Source: Pristiophorus japonicus
Taxonomy: Eukaryota
Assembly (NCBI RefSeq): GCF_044704955.1
Contig: NC_091990.1
Location: forward strand, 156,674,001 to 156,738,000
Direction of reading: 5' to 3'
Length of the DNA stretch: 64,000 bases
Positions 1-11,676 of the stretch are shown piece after piece. Position 1 is the stretch's first letter. Each line of letters opens with the position of its first letter. The notes beneath the pieces are model-generated. The model did not search any database and was not told the DNA's origin. It saw only the letters and a program-made list of their open reading frames with translations. A program made the translations under genes and the position numbers.

Positions 1-613
1 GCTGGATGGTATCAAAAACAGAAAGTTCAAGGACAATGGGAGACAGTAAATCACACAAGTTGATGTACAGCATGTCAGTTGTGGCTTTGACCAAAGCCAT
101 GGATGGTGTGAAAGCAACATTAGAGTTCTCTCAAACAAGGAGTGATGGGAAAGATTGCATATAGCGCTGAAATTACATCAATATTGAAAATCTGAATATC
201 ACGACGACTAATTGTTTAAAAATTGTTCAACCTATCCTGTAATGCTGAATAAATTAGTTTACAATTACAGTAATGGACATCAAAACATAACTTTCACTAA
301 AAGTGTTCCAGGCGCGCAAGATTCAATTTAAGCATTGCTCACAAAACTAGACATGATTGTGATTTATGCACATACAAGTATGTTTTGCTTTTTATGTGGG
401 ATTCTAGTTTTTGGCACATTTTCTGAGTACTGATTACAAATTTATGATGATTTATTGCCAGAGTTGGTACATGTACAGTTTTGGATTAGGGAGTCTAGTT
501 TTTTGATCAGGTTGGTCAGAATATTCTAAAATGTAAACTTTGCACCAAAATGTTCTCTTTTTAAGTAATTTATTTCTCCCATTTAATTCTATGTTGCAAC
601 AGTTATTTACTGT

Positions 614-2044
614 GGGCTCAAAATTGGCCAGGAGTTGCTCCATTTTCTTTGGAGTAACTTGATTTTTCTGCAGTGTCTTAAAAATCCACATTTTACACAT
701 TCAATTTGCGCCAGTGTAAGTGAGTTCGTTAAGATTTTTTTTCAAGTTTTTTTTTCAAAAGGGGGCGTTACCAGCCACTTACGACCATTTTGGCCATTTA
801 AGCCACTTTGGCTAGCTAATAGTTACTCCAAACTAACTTAGGCTAGTGTATGTGGCCACTTGTGGCCGCTTGTGAAAATCCTTGTGGAGAGTTAAGAAAT
901 CACCGTAGGTAGTGGGTACATTGGAGGCCAGCAGAACTTAATGACTTGACTAAAGAATGTGAATAGGATCAAAGAGCTATACAGGACATCATATGACAAA
1001 CTTCGCAAAGTTAATTTACTATACAACAGAAGCATTCATGGAAGCTTAAACTACAAAAATAAAAGTAGTAAAGAGACAAAACATATTTACGTGATTTTTT
1101 CAAAATATCCAAATAAAAAATAGAAGTAAGTCCTACCCTACCTTCATCTGTAGCCCGGGAACATTACAGATTAATATAAACACTGACAGCAGCCAGTGAC
1201 AATCAATCAAACCAAGTGAAGATCCAGAATGGGGATTGCTTCTGAATGAATCCTCCCAGCGACGCAGCAAGTCCAGATTCCAGTCCCAGGGATCATCACT
1301 TTGGGATCAGCCTCAGGCTTGGGCTGATGAGTTTGAGGATGATTCTCCTTTTTCAGCAATGTTTGCTGGGCTGTAACCAGATTTCTTCTCTCCTCCTCTC
1401 TTCTTCCACCTAACGGTACCGATGACCAGAGCAATCAGGGCGACGGCAGCAATCACAATTCCAACAGTCAAAATGAGATTTGTTCCCTTTGGAGATCCGG
1501 GAGTCACTCGGAACGTCCCGTCCCAGTCTTGGTTCTTCACTCCTATGTTGTCACTCTGCTCATACTGACAGGAATAGGTGGCTCCATCCTCGGACTCGAT
1601 CTCAGCCCATCTTGTCAGCTGGTAGATTCCATCGTGGTTGGGCAGGATGCCATTGGATTCCGTGTCCGTGATCGGCTCGTGATTTCTCAGGAGGGTGACT
1701 TTGGTATCACGAGGGTAAAAGCCCGTGACGAGGCAGGAGAGTTAGGTCGGTTTATGGCCACTCGGCCTGGGATAGGGACGGGACACACACAGAGATGCTG
1801 GGGGCGAGGAACTATTGCGCATGCGCGCACACTCCAACGCGCATGTGCAGACATCCTGGCACTGTTTTCAGCGCGGGACACTGACTCCGCCCCCGACTCA
1901 ACTGGCCACGCTGCGCGAAGACCCGAGAGAGGCCAGACAGCGGCCAAAATCGGGACGTCTTTTTTTAGGCACGTTTGGAAACGTAGAAAAGTTGTGCAAA
2001 TCGGGTGAGTGCGCCAAAAATCAGCATGGGCCAATTTTGAGCCC
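614..2044. mobile_element. Non-autonomous TIR DNA transposon (Harbinger-like ends) carrying a captured MHC class I fragment
   Basis: Perfect 16-bp inverted repeats GGGCTCAAAATTGGCC (614-629) and GGCCAATTTTGAGCCC (2029-2044). The GGG..AAATT ends resemble the other Harbinger-type elements in the window. No transposase. Flanks are TGT/AAA, so there is no clean 3-bp TSD. Confidence 0.8.
1313..1741 (-). pseudogene. Processed (intron-less) MHC class I heavy-chain fragment: alpha3 Ig-C1 domain + connecting peptide + TM + cytoplasmic tail; probable 3' UTR continues to ~1150
   Basis: Manual minus-strand translation with no internal stop: LSCLVTGFYPRDTKVTLLRNHEPITDTESNGILPNHDGIYQLTRWAEIESEDGATYSCQYEQSDNIGVKNQDWDGTFRVTPGSPKGTNLILTVGIVIAAVALIALVIGTVRWKKRGGEKKSGYSPANIAEKGESSSNSSAQA*. 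It has the C1-set motifs CxxxGFYP, LPNxDGxYQ and YxC, a hydrophobic TM and a shark-type GYxPA...SSSNSS tail. An in-frame TAA (1742-1744) lies immediately upstream and there is no in-frame ATG. Confidence 0.92.
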
Positions 2045-2389
2045 AAAGTAACCATTGCACTTCAAAATCATGCTGTTACACAAAATGATATTTGAAAATG
2101 TGCATCATACACATATTTTGTATATCGTTAGAACAAGAGTGAGACAGGTAGGCAAGATGAAGAATGCCACACTGGAGAATGGAAAAAAAAATTGGACACC
2201 CCATGTCAGAATAAAACACTCTGACTTAAAATAGAGCACAGAACAGAGCCAGATTAAAGGGTTCTCTAATCTGCCCTATGTGCCTGAATTACAACCATAG
2301 AGAAGCACATCTATTCCACCATTTCTATTTTCAACAATTCTTATGCGTTGTAAGACATATTGCCAATTTAGTACTACATTATCATTCAT

Positions 2390-2665
2390 ATTGAGATCAA
2401 TAGATTTTTGGGCACTAAGGGAATCAGACGGTGTGAGATTGGGAAATGTTGATATTCAGAGGGACCTGGGTGTCCGTGTGCACAAATCACTGAAAGTTAA
2501 CATGCAGGTACAGCAAGCAATTAGGAAAGCAAATGGTATGTTAGCCTTTATTACAAAACGATTGGAATTTAAGAGGATAGAAGTCTCACTGCAGATATAT
2601 AGAGCCTTGGAGAATTGTGTAGTTTTGGTCTCCTTACCTAAGGAAGGAGATACTTGCCTTAGAGT
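2390..2665 (+). mobile_element. CR1 LINE ORF2 fragment
   Basis: QRDLGVRVHKSLKVNMQVQQAIRKANGMLAFI, the CR1 RT C-terminal region shared with the other copies here. Confidence 0.8.
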
Positions 2666-3300
2666 GAGTGCTTTCCTCCCTCAGCCTCTGCACTGAATGA
2701 CTTCTCATCCTTGGAGATTTCAACCCCCATCTCAATTCATCATGCTTTCTCTCCTCTGATTTCAATGCCTTCTAATCCTCCCTTAATCTTTCCCTCCATA
2801 TATAAACTCCCCGACCCATATTCATGGCCATCCCTTGTCCTTGCAATCTCACATGGCCTCGCTACTCCCATCGTGTCAATCACAGGTAAGGCCATCTATG
2901 ATCATTTTGCTGTATCGCTCTCCACCCACTTCCCCATCCCAACCCAATTTCTTTCTGTCCACCCCTGGAAAAAATTCTCTCCAAATTCACTAGCAACGAC
3001 ACTTTCAAAATCGTAATTGTCCAGCCTTTGGCCCTCCATTCATAATGTTTCTGCAGCTATTAATCTACTCAACCACACCCTCATTCCACATTTGATGCCC
3101 TAGACTCTATTAAAACCATTACTTTCTCTCACCCTGGCCGTTTATTTTCCCAGTATGGCCCTCATCTCCGCTCCCTAAGTCCAAGGGACGCAGACTTGAA
3201 TGGATATGGCGAACAACTGGTTTAGCCATTCACCGCCAGATCTGGCTGGACCACATAAAGCTGTCATCAACCCACGCCTAAAAAAAACCCAACTCTTGAC

Positions 3301-3427
3301 CAATGTTCCCTCTAATTTTGGGGGGGCTGCGCAGGCCATTCAAAATACTGTACATGCAAAGTTTTTGTATTGAAAAGCTTGCTGGGTGGGAATCCCTGGA
3401 ACATCACGCAGTTTACGGGGAACATTG
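3301..3427. mobile_element. hAT-type MITE
   Basis: TIRs CAATGTTCCC / GGGAACATTG and an 8-bp TSD CTCTTGAC / CCCTTGAC (1 mismatch). Confidence 0.8.
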
Positions 3428-3924
3428 CCCTTGACCCCTCCATCCTTGCAAACTACTATCTCAACTCCCTTTCCTCTCTGAAGTCCTTGAACATGCAGTC
3501 GCCTCCCAAATCCATGCCCCTCTTTCCCGGAAGTCCATGTTTTGAATCCCTCCAATCAGGTTTCCGCCTTGCCACCGTAAAAAAACTGCTCTTACTAAAG
3601 TCACAAATGACATCCAAAGTGATGTGACAAAGGTAAACATTCCCTCTTCATCCTTCTTGACCAGTCTGCAGCCTTTGACACAGTTGACCACTCCACCCTC
3701 CTCCAATACCTCTTCACCATCATCCAGCTGGGTGGGACTGCACTCGCCTGATTCCATTCATATCTATCCAGTTGTAGCCAGAGAATCACCTGAATTGATT
3801 TCCCTTCCTGCTCCTGCACCATTACCTCTGATGTCCCCCAAGGATCTATCATTTCCCCCCCCCCCCACTATTTCTCATCTACATGCTGCCCCTCGGTGAC
3901 ATCATCCAAAAAGACAGCATCAGT

Positions 3925-4352
3925 TACGAACATAAGAAATAGTAGGAGTAGGCCATTAGGCCCCTTGAGCCTGCTCCACTATTCAATAAGATCATGGCTG
4001 ATCTTCTACCTCAACTCTACTTGCCTGCACTATCCCTATATCCTTTGATTGCCTTAATATCCAAAATGGAATCGATCTCTGTCTTAAATGTACTCAATGA
4101 CTGAGCCTCTACAGCCCTCTGGGGTTGAGAATTCGAAAGATTCACCACCCTCCAAGTGAAGAAATTTCTCCTCATCTCAGTCCGAAATGGCCAACCCCTT
4201 ACTCTGAGACTGTGACCCCTGGTTCTAGACTCCCCAGCCAGGGGAAACATCCTCCCTACATCTACCCTGTCAAGCCCTGTAAGAATGTTGTATGTTTCAA
4301 GGAGATCACCTCTCATTCTTCTAAACGCCAGAGAATATAGGTCTAGATTATT
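3925..4352 (-). mobile_element. CR1 LINE 3' fragment
   Basis: ORF 4017-4364: LYSLAFRRMRGDLLETY...RTRGHSL...RRNFF, followed by the CR1 3' UTR. Confidence 0.9.
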
Positions 4353-5359
4353 CAATGTTTCCACATTGTTGATGTTGAGGAGACCCAGCTCTACCTCAGA
4401 CCCAGCTCTCTCAACCCCTCCACTGCCTCTAAATTGTCAGACTGCTTGTTCGACATTCAGCACTGAATGGGCAGAAATTTTCAGCTAAATATTGGGAAGA
4501 TCGAAACCATTGTCTTTAGTCCCCACCACAAACTCTGTTCCGTAGCCACCAACTCCATCCCTTTCCCTGGCAACTCTCTGAGGCTGAACCAGATTGTTCA
4601 CAACCTTAGTGTCATAGTTGACCCAGAGATAAGCTTCTGATCACATATCCAAACCATGACTGAAACCACCTATTTTCACCTCCATAACATTGCCTGACAC
4701 CACCTGTGCCTCAGCACATCTACTGCTGAAACCCTCATCCATGCCTTTGTTTCCTCTAGGCTTGACTATTCCAATGCACTCCTTGTCAGCCACCCACGTT
4801 CTACCCTCTGTAAACTTAAGGTCATCCAAAACTCTAATGCCCGTGTCCTAACTTACACCAAGTCCCATTCACCTATCATTCCTGTGCTCGCTGACCTACA
4901 CTGGCTCCCAGTTAAGCAACACCTTAATTTAAAAATTCTCAACCTTGTTTTCAAAATTCCTCCATGGCATTGCCCCTCCCTATCTCTGTAATCTCCTCCA
5001 GCCCTACAACCCTCCTAGATATCTGCTCTTTTCTGATTCTGGCCTCTTGGGTATCCCAATTTTAAGCGCTCCACCATTTATGGCCGTGCCTTCAGTTGCT
5101 TGGCCCTAAGGTCTGGAATTTCCTCCTAAATCCTTTCCTCTTTAAAGACGATCCTGCCGTAATATATTGTTATGTGGCTCAGTGTCAAATTTTAATTAAT
5201 AACGGCCCTGTGAAATGCCTTGTTACATTTTATTACATTAAAGGCGCTATATAAAGTCAAGCTATTGTGGTTGAGTGGATTTTAACTTATGATGGACATG
5301 TGAAAGGGTCTTGTACCAATTTTGTACCACTCTCCCACTCCCCAAGTTGAATCTTCGAT

Positions 5360-6025
5360 CACTAAAATATCACGGACAAGTAAAAAAATAGTCAAAAATG
5401 CTAATGTTAGCTTTTATATCTAGAGAATGAGAAAAAAGGGACTATAAATTATGATACAGCCAAACAACCCTTGGTTAGACCACACCTGGAGTACTGTGAG
5501 CAGCTCCGGGCACCACATCCCTGGAAGGATATATTGGCCTTGGAGGGAGTGCAGTGTAGGTTTCCCAAAATGATACCTGGACTCCAAGGGTTAAATTACG
5601 AGGAGAGTGTCCACAAACTAAGGTTGTATTCCTTAGAATTTACAAGGTTAAGGGGTGATCTGATCAAAATTTTAAAGATATTAAAGGGAACCGATAGGTT
5701 AGATAAAAACTATTTCCGCTAGTTGGAGCTTCTAGGACTAGGGGTATAGTCTAAAAATTAGAGTCAGGCCTTTCAGCAGTGAAGTTAGGAAATACATCTA
5801 CACACAAAGGGTGGTAGAAGTTTAGAACTCTCTTATGCAAACACAATTGATGCTAGGTCAATTGTTAATTTTAAATTGGAGATTGATAGATTTTTGTTAA
5901 CTAAAGGTATCAAGGGATATGGAGCAAAGGCAGGTATATGGAGTTAGGTTGCAGATCAGCCATGATCTAATTGAATGGTGGGACAGGCTGGAGGGGCTGA
6001 ATTGCCTACTTCTGTTTCTATGTTG
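5360..6025 (+). mobile_element. CR1 LINE 3' fragment
   Basis: VRPHLEYCEQ...LYSLEFTRLRGDLI and a CR1 3' UTR ending GTTTCTATGT. Confidence 0.85.
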
Positions 6026-6599
6026 CTATCTTCTAACCACAATAATTCAATTTCACTCTCTCTGCAGCCCTCAGAAGTCAGACAGGCCATATAACACAAT
6101 CTATTCTTTGGTTTCCTTAACGCCCTCATTGATTGTAGCATCAGTCTATTTTTTCTGTTGCTGTCCACATTGCAGACCCTCTGTGTTTGAAACAAGCAAC
6201 TATAGATGACCCCCACCTGTGGCGCAACCCATTCCCAGAGGATAGCATTCATTCAGAATGCGTCAGCTTCATATTATGCATCTAGCAAAAATCCCCTCAT
6301 TTATGACCATGGGCAACTAAGTTATTATTTTCCCCAAACAATCATGGAACGGAAGTTTCTTTATTTCTTCTATGAAAAATGAAATATATTACTGCTACAC
6401 AGAACAGAAATACCGTCAAGCCATCATTTGCAGTAGTCATTGCATGAAGCAGAAGCAATAGTATTGTTCAATGGAGAGGACACAAATTGGATCTGTCTAG
6501 CACAGCAGGGTGCACATTCAGAAAATGCGAGTTAGAGTATTTAGTACATTTAAAACAAATGCAGCAGAGTTCCTTTAAATCCTTTGCTAAAATTAAAAA

Positions 6600-7250
6600 G
6601 TAAATAATGTACTATAACTGATGAAGGTATTGAAGTTGATGAATGAAAGACTAGTTGATATATTTTCAAAATGTCATTAATAAAGTGCAGCACAAAGTCC
6701 TCTAAGCAAGGCTGCAATATGCAGAATTGGTGGGCGGTTATTAGGCTGGATAAAATATTGATTGTATTTATGCAGCCTGATGGTAGCAGCTTTGCATGGG
6801 GATCAGTTACAAGTGGAATTTCACAAGCATCAGTGTTACTAATTTAGACAAGGGCATTGGAGGAGCAATTTTTAAGCTTGCAGATAACACAAAGATAGGT
6901 GTAAGGACTTCAGATGAAAAAATATGTTGCAGGTGGCATAGCACCAATGTCTCAAATATGTCATAATATGGACTAGTGTGGCATAATGTATATAGGCAGG
7001 GGCAATTCATAGCACATATATACCATGTGTGTATGGACACTAAAGGCTGATGAGCAGCAGCCAAAATTGGAATTATTGTGCATGAATCATTGCATGTCCA
7101 TGACAGGTTTGAGAGCTTAAGAAAATATGATTGAAGTCTTTAAAGTAATGAAAGGATTAGTTTCTTTCCACATGGACAGGTTACTTGGTAGGCAGGACAC
7201 AAATCGGGGACAGCAGTTCAAATTCCAAAAGCATTGTTAGTTTAGATGCT
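6600..7250 (+). mobile_element. Old, highly decayed CR1 fragment
   Basis: Scattered RT-like remnants (K-ADNTK-G, MIEVFKVMKG). Confidence 0.5.
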
Positions 7251-7261
7251 ACAAAGTACTT

Positions 7262-8951
7262 CCGGGGTCAGAGGATCTAGTAAGGAGGAGAAACTGAGGG
7301 AAATCTTTATTAGTCGGGAAATTGTGTTGGGGAAATTGATGGGATTGAAGGCCGATAAATCCCCAGGGCCTGATGAACTGCATCCCAGAGTACTTAAGGA
7401 GGTGGCCTTGCAAATAGCGGATGCATTGACAGTCATTTTCCAACATTTCCAACATTCCATTGACTCTGAATCAGTTCCTATCGAGTGGAGGGTAGCCAAT
7501 GTAACCCCACTTTTTAAAAAAGGAGGGAGAGAGAAAACAGGGAATTATAGATCGGTCAGCCTGACATCGGTAGTGGGTAAAATGATGGAATCAATTATTA
7601 AGGATGTCATAGCAGCGCATTTGGAAAGAGGTGACATGATAGGTCCAAGTCAGCATGGATTTGTGAAAGGGAAATCATGCTTGACAAATCTTCTGGAATT
7701 TTTTGAGGATGTTTCCAGTAGAGTGGACAAGGGAGAACCAGTTGATGTGGTATATTTGGACTTTCAGAAGGCTTTCGACAAGGTCCCACACAAGAGATTA
7801 ATGTGCAAAGTTAAAGCACATGGGATTGGGGGTAGTGTGCTGACATGGATTGAGAACTGGTTGTCAGACAGGAAGCAAAGAGTAGGAGTAAATGGGTACT
7901 TTTCAGAATGGCAGGCAGTGACTAGTGGGGTACCACAAGGTTCTGTGCTGGGGCCCCAGCTGTTTACACTGTACATTAATGATTTAGACGTGGGAATTAA
8001 ATGTAGTATCTCCAAATTTGCGGATGACACTAAGTTGGGTGGCAGTGTGAGCTGCGAGGAGGATGCTATGAGGCTGCAGAGCGACTTGGATAGGTTAGGT
8101 GAGTGGGCAAATGCATGGCAAATGAAGTATAATGTGGATAAATGTGAAGTTATCCACTTTGGTGGTAAAAACAGAGAGACAGACTATTATCTGAATGGTG
8201 ACAGATTAGGAAAAGGGGAGGTGCAACGAGACCTGGGTGTCATGGTACATCAGTCATTTAAGGTTGGCATGCAGGTACAGCAGGCGGTTAAGAAAGCAAA
8301 TGGCATGTTGGCCTTCATAGCGAGGGGATTTGAGTACAGGGGCAGGGAGGTGTTGCTACAGTTGTACAGGGCCTTGGTGAGGCCACACCTGGAGTTTTTG
8401 TGTACAGTTTTGGTCTCCTAACCTGAGGAAGGACACTCTTGCTATTGAGGGAGTGCAGGGAAGGTTCACCAGACTGATTCCCGGGATGGCGGGACTGACC
8501 CATCAAGAAAGACTGGATCAACTGGGCTTGTATTCACTGGAGTTCAGAAGAATGAGAGGAGACCTCATAGAAACGTTTAAAATTCTGATGGGTTTAGACA
8601 GGTTAGATGCAGGAAGAATGTTCCCAATGTTGGGGAAGTCCAGAACCAGGGGTCACAGTCTAAGGATAAGGGGTAAGCCATTTAGGACTGAGATGAGGAG
8701 AAACTTCTTCACCCAGAGAGTGGTGAACCTGTGGAATTCTCTACCACAGAAAGTTGTTGAGTCCAATTCACTAAATATATTCAAAAAGGAGTTAGATGAA
8801 GTCCTTACTACTAGGGAGATCAAGGGGTATGGCGAGAAAGCAGGAATGGGGTACTGAAGTTGCATGTTCAGCCAGGAACTCATTGAATGGCGGTGCAGGC
8901 TAGAAGGGCCGAATGGCCCACTCCTGCACCTATTTTCTATGTTTCTATGTT
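7262..8951 (+). mobile_element. Young 5'-truncated CR1 LINE (RT domain and 3' UTR)
   Basis: ORFs 7246-8421 and 8453-8857: KSPGPDELHP, YLDFQKAFDKV, GVPQGSVLGP, KFADDTK, one frameshift near 8400, tail (GTTTCTAT)n. Confidence 0.97.
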
Positions 8952-8974
8952 TTGCAGAGAATCCTCTACTTTTA

Positions 8975-10545
8975 CATAGGATTACATAGAATATACAGCA
9001 CAGAACTGACTATTCGGCCCAACCAGTCCATGCCGGTGTTTATCTCCCATCTTTCCTCATCGAACTCCATCAGCATAACCCTCTATTCCCTTCTCCCTCA
9101 TATGCTTATCTAGCCTCTGTATAATGCATCTATAATATTTGCCTCAACCACTCCCTGTGAGCGCGAATTCCACATTCTCACCATTCTCTGGGCAAAGAAG
9201 TTTCTTCTGAGTTCCCTATTTGATTTCTTGGTGACTATCTTATATTGATGGTCTCTAATTATGCTCTTTCCCACAAGTGAAAACACTTTCTGTATCTAAT
9301 CTATCAAAACCTTTAATCATTTTAAAGATTTCTAATTGGTCACCCCTCAGCCTTTTTTCAAGTGAAAAGAGACCCAGCCTATTTGTCCTTTCCTTATAGG
9401 TATATCGTCGCATTTCTGGTATCATCCTTATAAATATTCTCTGCTCCCTCTGCAGTGCCTCTATATCCTTTTTATAATATGGCAACCAGAACTTAACGCA
9501 GTACTCCAAGTGTGGTGGTCTAACCAAGGATCGATACAAGTTTAGCATAACTTCATTACTTTTCAATTCTCTCCCTCGAGGAAAGAGCCCTAGTGCTTGG
9601 TTTGCTTTTTTTAGGGCCTTGTTAACCAGTGTCGCTATTTAAAAAAAAAAAGAGATTTGTGTATTTGTACTCGGAGACTCCTTTGCTCCTCTACCCCACC
9701 CAGACTCTCACTCTCATCTTTTCCTACAAAAATGTAATACCTCACATTTATTTGCATTGAATTTTATTTGCAATTATATGCCCATTCTGCAAGATTATTA
9801 ATATTTTCCTTTAATTTGTTGCAATCCTCCTCAGTATTTATTACCCCCCCCCAACCACCAATTTGCTATCATTTTCAAATTTAAAAATTATGTTTTTGAT
9901 TCCAAAGTCTAAATCGTTAATATAAATTGTGAACATTGGTCCCAGCACTGATCCTTGTGGAACACCACTGCCCACCTTCTGCCACTGTGTGAGTAGCTAC
10001 CCTTTATTCCTACTCTCGGCTTCCCGTCTTGATGCCAGCTAGCTATCCATTCTGCTGCTTGTCCCAACTCCGCATTCTCTGACCTTATTCATTTGTTTAT
10101 TATGTGCTATCTTATCGATGGCCTTTTGAAAATCTAAATAAATTACATTTACTGCATTACTCTTGTCTATTTGATCTGTTCCCTCTTCAAAATATTCAAT
10201 GAGGGTGGTCAAGCAAGATTTCCCTTTTGAAATCCATGTTGACTATTCATTATTATAATTTTTATTTCCAGATGTTCTTCTATTTTCTCCTTTAGTAGGA
10301 ACTCCATTATTTTTCCTACCACCGATGTTAAGCTGACTGGTCTATAGTTCCCTGGACATGTTTTACCTCCCTTCTTAAATATAGGAATTACGTTAGCTAT
10401 CCACCAGTCCTCTGACACTACACCTTTTTCCAATGAATTATTAAATATTTCTAGTAATGCCTCTATCATCACTTCCCTTGATTATTTTAAAGTGTGTGGA
10501 TGTAATCCAGGGTTTTTTTCCCCTTGAGTTTGATTAGTTTTTTTA
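8975..10545 (-). mobile_element. Older CR1 subfamily fragment
   Basis: ORFs 9255-9566 and 10209-10472 (PGNYRPVSLTSVVGK, SQHGFQKG); tail CATAGGATTACATAG. Confidence 0.85.
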
Positions 10546-10547
10546 TT

Positions 10548-11290
10548 GGCCCAGAAATTCCGATGTCCCGGGCCTGAATGAAGTTTCTACGGACCCGGGA
10601 AGGCATCGGAAGTGCCATTTTTCAGCGCGCAATGCGCATGCACTGAAAACCGGCTTTTCCGATCTGTCAAGCTTGACAGATCGTAGACATCTCGGGAGCG
10701 AGGACATTTATACGGGCAAGATTGTGGTATTTACCCATATCTTGCCCAGAAAATGTCCCTCAAAACTCTTGCGCCTGATAGAAGCAGGCGCATAGCCGAC
10801 TTTTACAGGCATGAGTTTAAAAACCTAACATGATTAAAATAAAAATTTTTAAAACCTGTTTGTTAAAAACCTGCCCACTCAGGTAATGTTATTTTATACC
10901 CTAACCCTAACTTAAAAAAAAAAATCAGCACATTTTTTTTCTTTAAAAAACATGTATAACAACTTTAATTTCTCTTCGTGTATTGTGTGAGGTGTTTTTT
11001 TTTAAAAAAAATGTTTTATGTAGTGTTTGTGCGTTTTGGGGTTTTTCTCATTCTTAGTAATGGGAGATTCTTACAAATCTCCTATTACTATGAATGAGAA
11101 AATACTTACCTATGATTGGGTGTCCACGCCCACGTGACTCCTGCAGACGTCCCAACGTGAACGCGCTGCGATGCGCAGTCACGAGTGGCCTCCGGACCAG
11201 GATCTCCAGGAGACCTCGCAGCTTGAGGTAAGTGCGCGTTTTATTTCTATTCCACAGTGCTTTGCCCGCGGGAAGACGTCGAGAGAAATT
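10548..11290. mobile_element. Harbinger-like MITE, family shared with 20792-21430 and 50251-50935
   Basis: Starts GGCCCAGAAATTCC; AT-rich core flanked by GC-rich arms; internal similarity to the two other copies. The right TIR is not clearly seen. Confidence 0.6.
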
Positions 11291-11676
11291 ATTTCATTAC
11301 TAATCTCATGTTCCAATGTCATGTCCACCTGTTCTATCTCCAAAGACATCAAGTTAAAGGTGGGAGGGCTAACAAGAGATCGTGATAAGTCCCAATGGGC
11401 TGCTGGAGCTTTTTCCGATTGGCTACAGGGGTCAGAAATTTGCTAGAGGCGTTTGTCTAACTTGGCCTAGGACTTTTTCTCTCAGAAGTTATTGCTGAAC
11501 TGACTTATTGGGAGGAAGATAAGAGGAAATAGATGGGATTTGTGGTAGATGCAGAGTGCACCATGTCCAGACAGGGTAGACATGGACCAGCTTGTTTTTT
11601 CCCCATCCTTTTCCATGTTTGAGTGACAGCATTAGACTTCATTCAAAATCTGAATTCTTCTCAGTCTTGATATAAT

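Larger units (their letters stand above)
2670..5270 (+). mobile_element. Degenerate L2 LINE, interrupted by a hAT MITE and a CR1 3' fragment
   Basis: L2-type RT remnants (FESLQSGFR; frameshifted AFDTVDH; ETLIHAFV-SRLDYSNALL) and a 3' end ACATTAAAGGCGCTATATAAA matching 24212-24235. Confidence 0.75.

Noticed and set aside
1529-2008. 159-aa plus-strand ORF overlapping the MHC fragment
   Set aside because: It is an antisense frame of the GC-rich MHC sequence running into the transposon arm, with no ATG start or recognisable domain.
6200-6360. Cluster of possible regulatory motifs (CTCF-like, octamer-like, ETS)
   Set aside because: The matches are imperfect and short, with no associated gene or RNA.
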